Assembly (NCBI GenBank): GCA_028282265.1
Contig: JANQIH010000295.1
Coordinates: forward strand, 12,254 to 76,253
Reading direction: 5' to 3'
From: Allomuricauda sp.
GTDB taxonomy: Bacteria; Bacteroidota; Bacteroidia; Flavobacteriales; Flavobacteriaceae
DNA length: 64,000 bases
Within the stretch, counting starts at the first letter, position 1, and each line of letters starts with the position of its first letter. Both the position numbers and the translations under genes were made by a program. The notes below the pieces were generated by a model. The model saw only the letters and a list, made by a program, of their open reading frames with translations. It had not been told where the DNA came from and made no database searches. This document shows, in pieces, positions 44,601 through 54,274 of the stretch.

Positions 44601-46683
44601 TATTCCGGCAAGAAACCATTGGTTTTACAACAATGGGGCCGATTATACGGCAAAAATGGAAGAATTGGACAAGGCCATAAAGCAAGGGTATAACGGGGCA
44701 CTGACCGCTCCGAATGCGGTTTGGGGTGTTGATTTCAGTGGAGGTTTTAGTTTAGGAGTCCGTAATTATTCACCTCAATATTATGATGCTCTTTCATATC
44801 ATTCCTATGCTGCGTTCAACAACTCTAACCCTGCCCCTGATTTGGCCATTCGGAATGCCAATGCGGGAATGAAAATAGGGGGTACGGATGCCCCGACAAA
44901 AGCTAGGAATATTTACGGGGAGAACTTTAGATACTTCATCACGGAATACAATGTCTTCAACAACGGCTTTGATAAGAGCTACTATGCGGGTATGTACAAT
45001 GCAGAGTTCTTAATTCGAAACACCGTTTTTGACAATATGGATTATCTGGGCCTTCACGTATTCAATGTAGATGTCGTGGTGCCCAGTTTCAACCATAATA
45101 ACCTTCTGGATGATGCATTTGCCTCAGGTTCCGACGTGGATGCCGATGCAATAGAGTATGGTTTCAATATTTCAACACAAGGTGAGGTCATTTTAGTAGC
45201 TGCCGAGGCATTGAACAATAGTAATTTCTCTTTGGAAACCGAGGTTACGGGAGGTGAAGTTGTCCCTGCGGAACACCCCAACAGTTTGGTTTCAGAAATT
45301 CCGGCATTGTTTGCTAGGGCCTATCGCGGTTCAAATGATAAGGATTATATCTTAATTTCCAACAAATCAAGTATCCCCCATGAAATTACGCTTCAGGGTA
45401 TAGACCTTCCTGAGGATGTCCTGGTCACTTCCATTACCAGTGATGATCCCTTGGTACTTTCTGGTGTAAGCCCAACCCAAGAGACCAAGGATTTATCCAA
45501 CGGAACCCTATCCGTGCCAGGATATAGTATGACTCGTCTTGAATGGACAGTAGGAACCCGAAAACCTAAGCAGAACAGAATCTTCAAAACAGAATTCACC
45601 AATTCCGGTGTCCTTTTAAAATGGTGGATGGACGAGCAGGCCGAAGGTTACCGAATCAAAACAGGAAGCAATAAAAACAACCTTAACAACGTAGTAGAAG
45701 TAAATGGCGGTGAAAACAATGAGTACCATTTACCACTAAGCTATGGTCGTCAGTTGTACATTGGGGTGACCGCTTTAAATGAAATCGGTGAAAGTGACCT
45801 ATCGAACGTGGTAAAGATAAAATACGAGCGACCCCAAAGACCTAATTTGGTAAGGGCAAGTGCCAAGGATGGGCGTGTGAGCCTGCTTTGGGAAAGTGTA
45901 GCCAATGCAAACGGATATAAGGTCTATTATGGGACAGACCGAAATCGTTTGACTGAGGAACTTGAGGCCAGCAACACCAGCGGGTTTAATGTTAAGGGAT
46001 TGGAAAATGGCCAGAAGTATTTCTTTTCCGTTAGAGCTTACAGTGGTGCGGGTATAAGCGACCAATCACGAATTCTTGGAGCGACCCCAGAAACCAATAT
46101 TCCCTTTGCACCATACGACTTACGCGGAGGTGAAGACTCGAATGGCGTGGTCAATCTACAATGGGACCAGACCGCTTTCAGCTTTGGAGCGACTTTTAAC
46201 CTATACCGAAGTACACAACCGTGGAAGGATTACCAATTAGTGGAAAGTGAGATTGTGGGCAATAGTTATTCTGACACATCCCCAATAGATAACGGTACTT
46301 ATTACTACATTGTAAAAGCGGAAAATGAAGTGGGTGAAAGCTTTTATCCTTCCAACATTTTCACAGTTGTAAAAACACAAAGTAGCGGTGGCGGAGCAAC
46401 TGCTTTGACATCTAGATTGCCTTTACAGGATGAAGCACTGCTGCAAAATAGGGTCGTTTTAAGGCGAAACCCGATTCAAAACCAAATCAGTTTGAGCATT
46501 CCCGATACAGTGGAAGTTCAAGGTTATAGGGTTTATAACTTTCAAGGAAGTGTAATACAGTCTGAGCGCAAGCTGTACCAAAAATCTGAGATGCAAATTC
46601 CCTTTAACTTGACGCAAAAAGGAATATATTTCTTGGAATTGGATACCAATGTTGGCAGACAGACCTTCAAATTGGTAAACTAA
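41653..46683 (+). CDS. T9SS-secreted multimodular enzyme: ELWxxDGT propeller, Ig-like domain, lectin-like beta-sandwich, FIVAR, clan GH-A catalytic domain, three FN3, T9SS CTD
   Basis: Repeats such as GPELWFSDGT, GKELWKSDGT, GVEPYLTDGT, GNEPWVSDGT; YWQLNNEPYF and FITEYN catalytic glutamates; FN3 repeats; C-terminal NPIQNQISL...YNFQG...GIYFLEL...FKLVN type-A CTD. Confidence 0.85.
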   Translation: MQRTTTLLFSLVTLICSSQITQLTNFETTDLKSSTLTLSQNRLFFEATDSGNGNGLFYYDLATATVTFVKDINPSGEDGLVSVIPFNNGIVFRATDGVNGPELWFSDGTDTGTYMVKDINLGGGSFPEQMIELNGQVIFMANDGTNGKELWKSDGTDTGTQLLLNIAPGNTSGTPANTDIVYGKNDNYVFFRADNGTQGFELYITDGTTDGTRQVQDLFAGGGSGMGETTAEHAAIFKGTLYFRGHDGGAATGKELRFFDTVDETIKLVKEINPGANQQADVKNLFVVGDKMYFRAKQGSQGVEPYLTDGTEAGTIKIIDLNPNGGSSPVYQLGDPATGRVFFRATPQGGNEPWVSDGTATGTYQIIDLITNNQSAPNFLSFLDGFAYFAANTNDTSFTGNVGRELFATDGTNVFLVEDLKPGSESSGPNVTSYVVGGKLYFTTQENLYVLEPAQFVNVTPIDDFAGVAVGTVSVPKSFQLQLSNLTQPVRITPPDGFQVSLSGSTGFTGAAISVEPDASGTVDQTIYVRFAPILTVLYEENILIESEEIFTGRVRVTGEGLAPQPQGLLAFDIFSLANLPEGWTEGPETSGFVTIVNDRLNIAYDPSVEQRATAIRTFTETSGIVYFGFILNTDRQTMNAPVSIKNSIGDVVARIDFENGIELVTGLDSNGNPTSTIVFTDRNDIVPRGFDHLVLLKIDTDNNTMSLNVNGVEKPEGQNIPLLNLTSNVASLEIFVPYMFDTGRVQIDDVIIGSINKWDLRRLLLEASELAASAEVGSDPGQYPQMAVDIFFNAISMATSVFIDGTTQEIIDQGLTDLTNAISTFRDSIIKSLATVIIDPNSGHELRDGLFGYNNRSVDQAWSYKNPEFVEAMKAGKTGWMRYLSGTISDPFNMNTGEYELEWIEQFRRVNNQVKAYERVEVKGPQLVYDLYQALGEVGAKLIVTWPGFMAGPEEARIFAKFCEDNNIIVEYWQLNNEPYFFIPARNHWFYNNGADYTAKMEELDKAIKQGYNGALTAPNAVWGVDFSGGFSLGVRNYSPQYYDALSYHSYAAFNNSNPAPDLAIRNANAGMKIGGTDAPTKARNIYGENFRYFITEYNVFNNGFDKSYYAGMYNAEFLIRNTVFDNMDYLGLHVFNVDVVVPSFNHNNLLDDAFASGSDVDADAIEYGFNISTQGEVILVAAEALNNSNFSLETEVTGGEVVPAEHPNSLVSEIPALFARAYRGSNDKDYILISNKSSIPHEITLQGIDLPEDVLVTSITSDDPLVLSGVSPTQETKDLSNGTLSVPGYSMTRLEWTVGTRKPKQNRIFKTEFTNSGVLLKWWMDEQAEGYRIKTGSNKNNLNNVVEVNGGENNEYHLPLSYGRQLYIGVTALNEIGESDLSNVVKIKYERPQRPNLVRASAKDGRVSLLWESVANANGYKVYYGTDRNRLTEELEASNTSGFNVKGLENGQKYFFSVRAYSGAGISDQSRILGATPETNIPFAPYDLRGGEDSNGVVNLQWDQTAFSFGATFNLYRSTQPWKDYQLVESEIVGNSYSDTSPIDNGTYYYIVKAENEVGESFYPSNIFTVVKTQSSGGGATALTSRLPLQDEALLQNRVVLRRNPIQNQISLSIPDTVEVQGYRVYNFQGSVIQSERKLYQKSEMQIPFNLTQKGIYFLELDTNVGRQTFKLVN

Positions 46684-46710
46684 GACCATTACCGAACCAA
46701 TCAAGATTAA

Positions 46711-46738
46711 TAGGCCCTTCTCTCATAAGAAGGGTCTA
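46711..46738 (+). terminator. Hairpin after the T9SS gene
   Basis: TAGGCCCTTCT-CTCATA-AGAAGGGTCTA, an 11-bp stem with one G-U pair; the U-tract on the plus strand is weak. Confidence 0.5.
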
Positions 46739-46874
46739 AACTATATACTCACACAGGAGAGTGTTTTTTGTTTACCTAGTAAGATACTGCCTTTTTAATA
46801 AGTCTCTAGCTGCGGCCTTCCCCATCACTGGCTTTGTATTTTGGTATGGCAGGAAAAGAGATAAGTCATTTTAA
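46739..46874 (+). pseudogene. 3' remnant of a PepSY-associated TM helix gene
   Basis: With several 1-nt frameshifts it reads NY..HTGE..FCLPSKIL(A)FLISL(L)AAAFPITGFVFWYGRKRDKSF*, resembling the conserved C-terminus (NYDIH.G...LPGKILAF.ASL..ASLPITGF.IW.GRK) of Bacteroidota PepSY-TM proteins. Confidence 0.65.
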
Positions 46875-47119
46875 AAGTTTCTGTAAAACAACACACTTGT
46901 GGAAACTGATTCATTTATGAATCTATCTTGTTAACCGGTGAGTGAGAAAACCAACTTTTTTTAATGAAAAGTTAGGAAAGCAGGTATCGAAAGTGAACCA
47001 TTAAAAAAATAAAATTAACCAAAACTCCCTAAATAGATTTTTACCACTTTGTTCCTTTTCGTTTTCAAATCCCAACCTGTTGATTCTAATCATGAAAATC
47101 TAATGGTATGTCGGTCGAC

Positions 47120-48781
47120 TTACCAAAGTAAGGCATAAACTACTGTCAAAATAATCATTATTGCAAATGCCCCTATATTGAACAACTTGCTCGTTTTAAA
47201 AGTATCCGTATCTATAGGTATCCCTTTGGCATCATCGACTCCCTTATTTTGGAAATAACTGATTAAAACAATAACAAGCAACGTGATTAGACATGTCAAT
47301 CCCATTTGATCCATCCATGGAAGTGTGGGAAACATCGGCTCGAGGGAACTTCCAGCGGCCCAACCTTTTGGGCCAATCTTAAAGAACATTGCCACAGGTA
47401 TAGATGCGAGTACTCCAATCACAGCACCTCTGTTGGTGGTCTTTTTCCAGAAGAGACCGGAAAGGAACACGGCCAAAATTCCGGGACTTACTATCCCGGT
47501 ATACTCCTGAATGAACTGAAACGCTTGGTCCAATCCTCCCAAAAGGGGTGCAATAAAGACCGCGATCAACAAAGAAACGGCGGCCGAAAGCCTCCCTACG
47601 CCTACGGTGGACTTGTGGTCTGCGTTCCTGTTTATATACTGTCGGTAGATGTCCATTGTAAAAATAGTGGAGGTTGAGTTCAACATGGATGCCAAAGAGG
47701 ATACAATGGCCGCGGCCAGAGCTGCAATAGCCAAGCCCTTTAAGCCCGTCGGCAAAAACTGCATCAACCAAGGATAGGCCTTATCCGAAGCTCCTGCAGC
47801 AGGAATGTTCATTTGGCCTTGTTCGCCCAAAACTGCTAGAACTTCTGGATTTTCTGTAATCACATAAGCTGCGATTCCAGGTATCACCACAATCAATGGG
47901 ATTATCAACTTTAACACTGCTGCAAAGAGAATTCCCTTTTGGGATTCCTTCAATGACTTTGCCGCCAAAGTTCGCTGGATAATATATTGGTTAAAGCCAA
48001 AATAGTAGAGGTTGGCCACCCAAAGCCCTCCCACAAGTACCCCTATGCCAGGTAGGTTGACATACTCTGGATTACTTTTATCCAAAATCATATCGAAATG
48101 TCCCGGAGCGAACTCGTAAACTTTTTTGAGGCCTGCCATGGGGCCATTCCCATCTGAAACGGTGTCCAAAGCAAGATATGTGGTCACCAATCCGCCCAGT
48201 ACCAAAAAAACAACCTGTATGATATCGGTCCAAGCGACAGCAGATAGCCCCCCGTACAATGAATAGGCTGCGGCAAACAGTGCCAGGCCAATAATTGCAT
48301 ATAGCAAATCAACCCCTAAAATGGTCTCCAATGCAAGACCTCCTAAATACAGGACCGATGTGAGGTTTACAAAAATGTAAAGTCCAATCCAGAAAACGGC
48401 GAGGATGGTCTTTAGGTTGGTTGAAAACCGTTTCTCGACAAACTCGGGAATGGTATAAAGTCTCTTCTCGATGAATATGGGAAGAAAGTATTTCCCAACG
48501 ATGAGCAGTGTCAATGCCCCCATCCACTCATAGGAGGCAATGCCAAGACCCAGGGCAAAACCAGACCCGGACATCCCGATAAACTGCTCTGCAGATATGT
48601 TGGCAGCAATCAACGAAGCGCCTATCGCCCACCAGGGCAACGACTTACTGGCCAGGAAGTAATCCTCGGCTGTTTTTTGTTGACCTTTTTTAGTTCTAGA
48701 GACCCAAAGGCCAATGACCAAAATCAGCAGGGCATAAATAATAAAAACAAGGTAATCCCAGAATTCAAAGCTGTTTTGCAT
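47120..48781 (-). CDS. Sodium/galactose symporter (vSGLT-like; start reassigned to 48781)
   Basis: YFLASKSLPWWAIGASLIAANISAEQFIGMSGSG, IASYEWM, FNQYIIQRTLAAK, SSLASMLNS; last gene of the gal cluster. Confidence 0.93.
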   Translation of the reverse strand: MQNSFEFWDYLVFIIYALLILVIGLWVSRTKKGQQKTAEDYFLASKSLPWWAIGASLIAANISAEQFIGMSGSGFALGLGIASYEWMGALTLLIVGKYFLPIFIEKRLYTIPEFVEKRFSTNLKTILAVFWIGLYIFVNLTSVLYLGGLALETILGVDLLYAIIGLALFAAAYSLYGGLSAVAWTDIIQVVFLVLGGLVTTYLALDTVSDGNGPMAGLKKVYEFAPGHFDMILDKSNPEYVNLPGIGVLVGGLWVANLYYFGFNQYIIQRTLAAKSLKESQKGILFAAVLKLIIPLIVVIPGIAAYVITENPEVLAVLGEQGQMNIPAAGASDKAYPWLMQFLPTGLKGLAIAALAAAIVSSLASMLNSTSTIFTMDIYRQYINRNADHKSTVGVGRLSAAVSLLIAVFIAPLLGGLDQAFQFIQEYTGIVSPGILAVFLSGLFWKKTTNRGAVIGVLASIPVAMFFKIGPKGWAAGSSLEPMFPTLPWMDQMGLTCLITLLVIVLISYFQNKGVDDAKGIPIDTDTFKTSKLFNIGAFAIMIILTVVYALLW

Positions 48782-48786
48782 AATTA

Positions 48787-49818
48787 TTATCGGTGTTTGA
48801 TGGTATTTCGAAGTTTCTCTTCCCATTTCCACGCGGACATCATGGCCTGATCAAGACTTAGGTCCGCTTTCCATCCAAGGAATTCGTTTGCTCTTGAGAC
48901 ATCTGCATAGGCTTCTACCACATCCCCTTCCCTTCTGGGACCTATTTCATAATTCAGTTTGGTACCTGATACCCGTTCAAAGCTATCAATGACCTCATAT
49001 ACCGAATGGCCCTTGCCCGTTCCAAGGTTAAATACCTCATAACGGTTCCGTTCCTCACCTTTCAAAGTCCTTTGCAATGCAGTTACATGGGCCTTGGCCA
49101 AATCTACTATATGGATATAGTCTCGAATACAGGTGCCATCAGGAGTAGGGTAGTCGTCTCCAAAGACTATAAGTTTTTCATGTCGGCCCATAGCGGTCTG
49201 GGTTATAAAAGGGACCAAGTTTTGCGGAGTACCTATAGGCAGTTCACCTATCTCCAAAGAGTCATGGGCTCCGATGGGATTGAAGTATCGTAGAATTACA
49301 GTTGAAAGTTTTTTATTTGCCCGTAGTGCATCAGCCAATATCTCCTCACCTATTCGTTTCGTGTTCCCGTAGGGAGATTTGGCTTTCTTCAAAGGTGCTT
49401 CCTCTGTGATTGGCAAGGTATCTGGCTCACCGTACACCGTGCAGGAAGAACTAAAAACAATAGGAATATCCCTGTCAAGCATTTCAACTTCCTGAAGCAA
49501 GTATATCAACGGAGTCAAGTTGTTGTCATAGTATAACAAAGGCCGTGAAACGCTCTCTCCTACTGCCTTGGAAGCTGCGAAATGGATTATCCCATCAATA
49601 TCCCTGTAGTTGTGGAACAATGATTTTACCGACATCCGCTCATTCAGGCTTAATCTCTCAAAAAAAGGTTTCTTGCCACAGGCACGCTCTATGCCCCTTA
49701 GTACTTCAATGGAGGAATTTGACAGGTCATCGACCACTAAGACCTTAAAACCCTCTTCCAGCAGCTCCACTGTAGTGTGGGAGCCAATGTAGCCCAGTCC
49801 TCCTGTTACCAATATCAT
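48787..49818 (-). CDS. galE: UDP-glucose 4-epimerase
   Basis: ILVTGGLGYIGSH, HFAASKAVGES, FSSSCTVYG, PYGNTK, LRYFNPIGAH, RDYIHIVDLA. Confidence 0.97.
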   Translation of the reverse strand: MILVTGGLGYIGSHTTVELLEEGFKVLVVDDLSNSSIEVLRGIERACGKKPFFERLSLNERMSVKSLFHNYRDIDGIIHFAASKAVGESVSRPLLYYDNNLTPLIYLLQEVEMLDRDIPIVFSSSCTVYGEPDTLPITEEAPLKKAKSPYGNTKRIGEEILADALRANKKLSTVILRYFNPIGAHDSLEIGELPIGTPQNLVPFITQTAMGRHEKLIVFGDDYPTPDGTCIRDYIHIVDLAKAHVTALQRTLKGEERNRYEVFNLGTGKGHSVYEVIDSFERVSGTKLNYEIGPRREGDVVEAYADVSRANEFLGWKADLSLDQAMMSAWKWEEKLRNTIKHR

Positions 49819-49820
49819 GA

Positions 49821-50945
49821 CTAGTTGCTTTTTAAATATTGTTGTTTGCCCAGCACGGTTCTAAATCCGAGATGTTCAGCTCCAGAATCCATACTGGTGG
49901 CCATGCGGGCACTGATTCGATAACTGGCGCAATAGCTGTCACTGCACAAAAAGGACCCTCCTTTTATGACTTTTTCCTGTTGAAAAGGATTGTTTGGGTC
50001 AAATGCCTTATCCGCACCTTTAGGGTTGACCAAAGTACCTGCCGAGGCAACTTCTGGATAATAGGTTGTGTTGTACCAATCACTTGTCCATTCCCAAACA
50101 TTTCCTGCCATATCGTACAATCCAAATTGGTTGGGAGGATAGCTTTTGACAGGGGCTCTCAGTTCAAAACCGTCTTCCAAGGTGTTGTTGACAGGAAATT
50201 CTCCCTCCCATGTATTGGCTTGAACACTTAGCCGCCCAAAATCATTGCCCCAAAAGAAAACAGCTTCTTCTTGCCCGCCACGGGCAGCATACTCCCATTC
50301 CGCTTCTGTAGGAAGTCGTCTACCTGCCCATTCACAATAGGCCAGTGCATCCTCATAGGCGATTTGCACCACGGGATGGTCATCTTTTTCTTCTATGGAA
50401 CTATCTGGGCCATTGGGATGCCTCCAATCGGCCCCTATCTTCCACTGCCACCATTGTGAATAGTCATAGAGATTGGGTACACTTGTTTTTGTCTTTTTGA
50501 AAACAAGAGCCCCAGGTTGTAATATTGAATCATGGGGTTTGGGTGTATTTGGTGGCAGTTGTTTCCTCATTTCCTCCCACTCAATTTTTCTTTCGGCAAC
50601 GGTTACATATCCCGTTGCTTTGACGAATTTGGAAAACTGTTCATTGGTAACTGGGTGTTCATCCATAAAAAAACCATCCACTGCAACTTTATGTCTTGGT
50701 CTTTCATGTGCCATCGCCATAGTATCTTGTTCAACAGCTCCTTGATAGAATTCACCACCCGAAATCCAAATCATACCATTTGGGACTTCAACTCCCGATG
50801 GCAAACTCGTAATAAGTTCGACTTCACTTTTGGATAAGGGCAATTCCAATTTGGCTTTGGAGTTTTGCTTGCATCCAATAATCGGTAGCACCATAATGAA
50901 AATAGGATAAAAACAATATCTGGCCATCATTATACCTTTGTTCAC
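49821..50945 (-). CDS. Formylglycine-generating enzyme (FGE/SUMF1), lipoprotein
   Basis: FGE-sulfatase motifs HPVVQIAYEDA.AYC.WAG.RLPTEAEWEYAARGG, GLYDMAGNVWEW, KGGSFLCSDSYCASYRISAR (C-x4-C core), HLGFR; lipobox IIGC. Confidence 0.9.
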   Translation of the reverse strand: MNKGIMMARYCFYPIFIMVLPIIGCKQNSKAKLELPLSKSEVELITSLPSGVEVPNGMIWISGGEFYQGAVEQDTMAMAHERPRHKVAVDGFFMDEHPVTNEQFSKFVKATGYVTVAERKIEWEEMRKQLPPNTPKPHDSILQPGALVFKKTKTSVPNLYDYSQWWQWKIGADWRHPNGPDSSIEEKDDHPVVQIAYEDALAYCEWAGRRLPTEAEWEYAARGGQEEAVFFWGNDFGRLSVQANTWEGEFPVNNTLEDGFELRAPVKSYPPNQFGLYDMAGNVWEWTSDWYNTTYYPEVASAGTLVNPKGADKAFDPNNPFQQEKVIKGGSFLCSDSYCASYRISARMATSMDSGAEHLGFRTVLGKQQYLKSN

Positions 50946-50959
50946 TTGTATCAGTTTTG

Positions 50960-51970
50960 TTAGATTTTGTTCGTTGAGTCCCTTAATACCAATTCCGGTT
51001 GTATCACCACATTTTCACTTTTTTTGTTGGGCCTGATCAATCTATCTTTCATCATTGCAAAAGATATTTCGCCTATTCTTTCAGCATGCTGTGACACCAC
51101 ACTTAAACCGGGATTAGAGGACTGTGCCATCGGACCATTTGTAAAACCCATCACAGATACTTTTTTTGGAACCTCAAAGCCCAACTGCTGTAAGGTGTTC
51201 ATTGTATAGATTGCAGAAAGTTCATCAGCTGCCAATATGCCATCGAAGCTATGTTCCATCATTGCCCTTAAGAGTAATTCTTTGAAACCCTCGTAGCTCC
51301 CAAACTCTATTAAGAAAGGAGAGTTTTGTTTATGTTTCCTAGACTCAAGTGCTGCAAGATAACCGTCTTTACGAGAGCGCCCCACACTTGTGTTGGCTAT
51401 GGGTGATAGAAAGGCAATTTTTTGTCATCCTGATTTATAAAGATGGTTAGCGGCAAGATAGGCTCCTTCAAAATCATCAATGGTGCCGGAATCAGCTGTG
51501 AGTTCCTTATGCACGCGATCGAACATGACTATGGGTACACCATACGCCATCAATTTTTTAATATCACTGTAATCACTGGATTTTTGGGTTCCTTTTGAAA
51601 AAGAAATCAAAATTCCGTCAACACTATGTTTGATTAAGGATAATAGGTTTTTATACTCGTTTCCTCTTCGATCATTGGAGAAAGTGACCAATACGGTATA
51701 TCCGTGTTTTGAAGCCTCTTTTTCAATACCATGCAAAACTTTGGCAAAAAAATCATCGATGACATTGGGCACTACAACACCAACTGTCTTGGTTATTCTT
51801 GACTTCAAACTACGTGCGTAGTGATTTGGAACATACCCTAATGCCTCTGCAGCTTCCCTAACTCTTTTCTTGGTTCTTACACTTATTTCCGAACTATTAC
51901 TGAGCGCTTTGGATATCGTTGAAGGCGAAACTTCCAAGATTTCTGCCATTTCTCTAATCGTTGTCATCAT
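50960..51970 (-). pseudogene. LacI-family repressor (GalR-like) interrupted by one in-frame TGA at 51425-51427
   Basis: N-terminal HTH (TIREMAEILEVSPSTISKAL); reads ...HLYKSG*QKIAFLSPIANTSVGRSRKDGY... in one frame; 1011 nt would give about 336 aa, a normal LacI length. Confidence 0.88.
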
Positions 51971-51977
51971 AGGTGTA

Positions 51978-53024
51978 TTAATTAGGGTGTTGACTGTAGT
52001 GTTTATGGGAAAGATTCCTTAGGGTATTCGCAGCCTGTTCAGCAGTAATATCACGTTGTGGATTGGCAAACATCTCGTAGCCCACCATAAATTTCTTTAC
52101 GGTCGCAGAACGTAACAGGGGCGGATAGAAAGACATGTGAAAATGCCACTCTTCATGTGGTTGTCCATCTGTGGGCGATTGATGTATGCCCATGGAATAG
52201 GGAAATGAAGTTTTAAAAAGGTTGTCATATTTAGTGGTCACCTCTTTTATAATTTGGGCAAAGCTCGATTTTTCTTCATCAGAGACCTGTCCAATATATT
52301 GCAAATGTCGTTTTGGGGCAATCATCACTTCGTAGGGCCATACTGCCCAAAAGGGAACTAAAGCCAAAAAATGGTCATTCTCAATAACTATTCGCTCCCT
52401 AGCTTCCATTTCTTGTCCTAGATAATCTTTCAAAAGACTACGTTGATTCTCTTGCCAGTAAGCTAACTGGAAATCACATTTTTTCTGAACTTCTTGCGGA
52501 ATGGAAACTTGCGCCCATATCTGCCCGTGAGGATGGGGATTGCTACAGCCCATCAATGCTCCTTTATTTTCAAAAATCTGAACATAGTTGATATTTTCCA
52601 TTGCACCCAGTTCATGATATTCCTTTTGCCAAATAGAAATTACTTCTTCAATTCCGGTAACCTCCATTTGGGATAAGGTCAGCGAGTGGTCTGGAGAAAA
52701 ACAAATGACTTTGCAAATACCTGTTTCACCCCTGGCTCTGAAAAGTCCCTCATTTATTTCAGTGCTTGGGGTATTTGGGAGTAGGGCGGAAAAATCGTTG
52801 GTGAAACTATAGGTTGAAGTATATTGGGGATTAACTTCACCATTAGCGCGGGTATTGCCAGGACACAAATAGCAATTTTCATCATATTCAGGCCGGTTTT
52901 CGACTGCGGTCTTTTCTTGTTTCCCTTGCCAAGGGCGTTTGGTTCTATGGGGTGACACCAAAACCCATTCACCGGTCAAGATATTAAACCTACGATGCGG
53001 ATGTTCATTTAGATTCAGCTTCAT
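51978..53024 (-). CDS. galT: Galactose-1-phosphate uridylyltransferase
   Basis: [64 protein letters not shown]. Confidence 0.97.
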   Translation of the reverse strand: MKLNLNEHPHRRFNILTGEWVLVSPHRTKRPWQGKQEKTAVENRPEYDENCYLCPGNTRANGEVNPQYTSTYSFTNDFSALLPNTPSTEINEGLFRARGETGICKVICFSPDHSLTLSQMEVTGIEEVISIWQKEYHELGAMENINYVQIFENKGALMGCSNPHPHGQIWAQVSIPQEVQKKCDFQLAYWQENQRSLLKDYLGQEMEARERIVIENDHFLALVPFWAVWPYEVMIAPKRHLQYIGQVSDEEKSSFAQIIKEVTTKYDNLFKTSFPYSMGIHQSPTDGQPHEEWHFHMSFYPPLLRSATVKKFMVGYEMFANPQRDITAEQAANTLRNLSHKHYSQHPN

Positions 53025-54141
53025 TGGTTTGTTTAATTATGGTGGTTCCGTCGCTGGGGACTGACACAAAATGGGACAAATTAATGCCAAAAGTCTTTTC
53101 ATAAGCCATGGAAACTCTCTCTACATATCCTTCTACGGCATCCTCATGAATTATATTTAGGGTACAGCCTCCAAAACCGCCCCCTACCATTCTGGACCCC
53201 AATATCTCTTTGAACTCTTTTGAAAATTCTACCAAAAAATCAAGCTCTGCACAGCTTACCTCGTATTTCTGGCTCTGTCCCTTGTGGGAATTATACAAAA
53301 TTTCACCCAATGCCATAAGGTCATTTCTTTTTAGGGCTTCTGCTGCCGTTAACACCCTTCGATTTTCTTCCAAAACATAGGTGCACCTTTTGTAGCGAAC
53401 GTCCCCAAGCATAGCCTTGCATTCCTCTATCATCTCTAAGCTAATGTCCCTGAAAGAGTTCTTTGTGCCAAAATGGTCCGCAACAATTTTTAGTCCAGAA
53501 GCGCTTTCTTCACGTCTGGTATTATAGCCACTGGTGGCCAGGTTGTGCGTCACATTGGTATTTAGCATTAAAATAACATAGGGACTCAATTTTGTAGGGA
53601 TATATTCAAATTCAAGAGATTGGCAATCGAGCAACATGGTATGGTCCTTTTTTCCCATGACCGATGAAAACTGATCCATAATACCACATTTGGTTCCCAC
53701 AAAGTTGTGCTCCGCACGTTGGCTCAGTTTGATAATTTGCCAGTTATCCAGACCCAATTCAAACAGCTCATTTAATCCGTACGCCAGTCCGCACTCAAGT
53801 GCTGCTGATGAACTGACACCTGAACCTACCGGTACATCGGTATGCATTTCACAATCAAAGCCCTTTAATCCTTGAGTAAGCAATTGTAACTCATGCAACA
53901 CCCCAAGCACATAGTTGTGCCAGCTTTCGGTTCCAGGCTTCAGACTGAAAAGGTCGGCAATCAAAACAGTATCAAATCCCTTGCTTTTTATCCTACAAGT
54001 GGTTTTGGTTCCATTGATTGAAAGCCTCATATAAATCCGTTTGTCTATAGCCGCGGGCAGTACATAACCATCATTATAATCGGTGTGCTCACCAATTAGA
54101 TTAATTCTTCCTGGTGATGAAATTATAAGTTCTTTTATCAA
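53005..54141 (-). CDS. galK: Galactokinase (TTG start)
   Basis: [49 protein letters not shown]. Confidence 0.97.
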   Translation of the reverse strand: MIKELIISSPGRINLIGEHTDYNDGYVLPAAIDKRIYMRLSINGTKTTCRIKSKGFDTVLIADLFSLKPGTESWHNYVLGVLHELQLLTQGLKGFDCEMHTDVPVGSGVSSSAALECGLAYGLNELFELGLDNWQIIKLSQRAEHNFVGTKCGIMDQFSSVMGKKDHTMLLDCQSLEFEYIPTKLSPYVILMLNTNVTHNLATSGYNTRREESASGLKIVADHFGTKNSFRDISLEMIEECKAMLGDVRYKRCTYVLEENRRVLTAAEALKRNDLMALGEILYNSHKGQSQKYEVSCAELDFLVEFSKEFKEILGSRMVGGGFGGCTLNIIHEDAVEGYVERVSMAYEKTFGINLSHFVSVPSDGTTIIKQTNEAESK

Positions 54142-54274
54142 AAGTTATAGAAATCAAATTATACATAAACATATTAAGTACTTATCAAAGGTACTTGTGC
54201 CATTGACCTTAAAAAGTGTTGTTTTGTTCAAAAAGGGGACAAAGTTGTTGCAAACTATAAAGAGAGATGATTTT

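Noticed and set aside
46908-46923. Palindrome GATTCAT-TT-ATGAATC (and CTCATTTG-TC-CAAATGAG at 2693-2710) as operators
   Set aside because: Both are single occurrences; the first lies between convergent gene ends, and neither recurs at a promoter.
49821-50945. FGE-domain lipoprotein as gliding-motility GldK/GldJ
   Set aside because: It keeps the catalytic C-x4-C core, lacks the large Gld insertions, and has no gld/T9SS neighbours.
51425-51427. TGA read as selenocysteine, since LacI homologs can have Cys near this position
   Set aside because: No SECIS-like hairpin or sel genes were recognised, and there is no catalytic reason for Sec in a repressor; a nonsense mutation or sequencing error is simpler.
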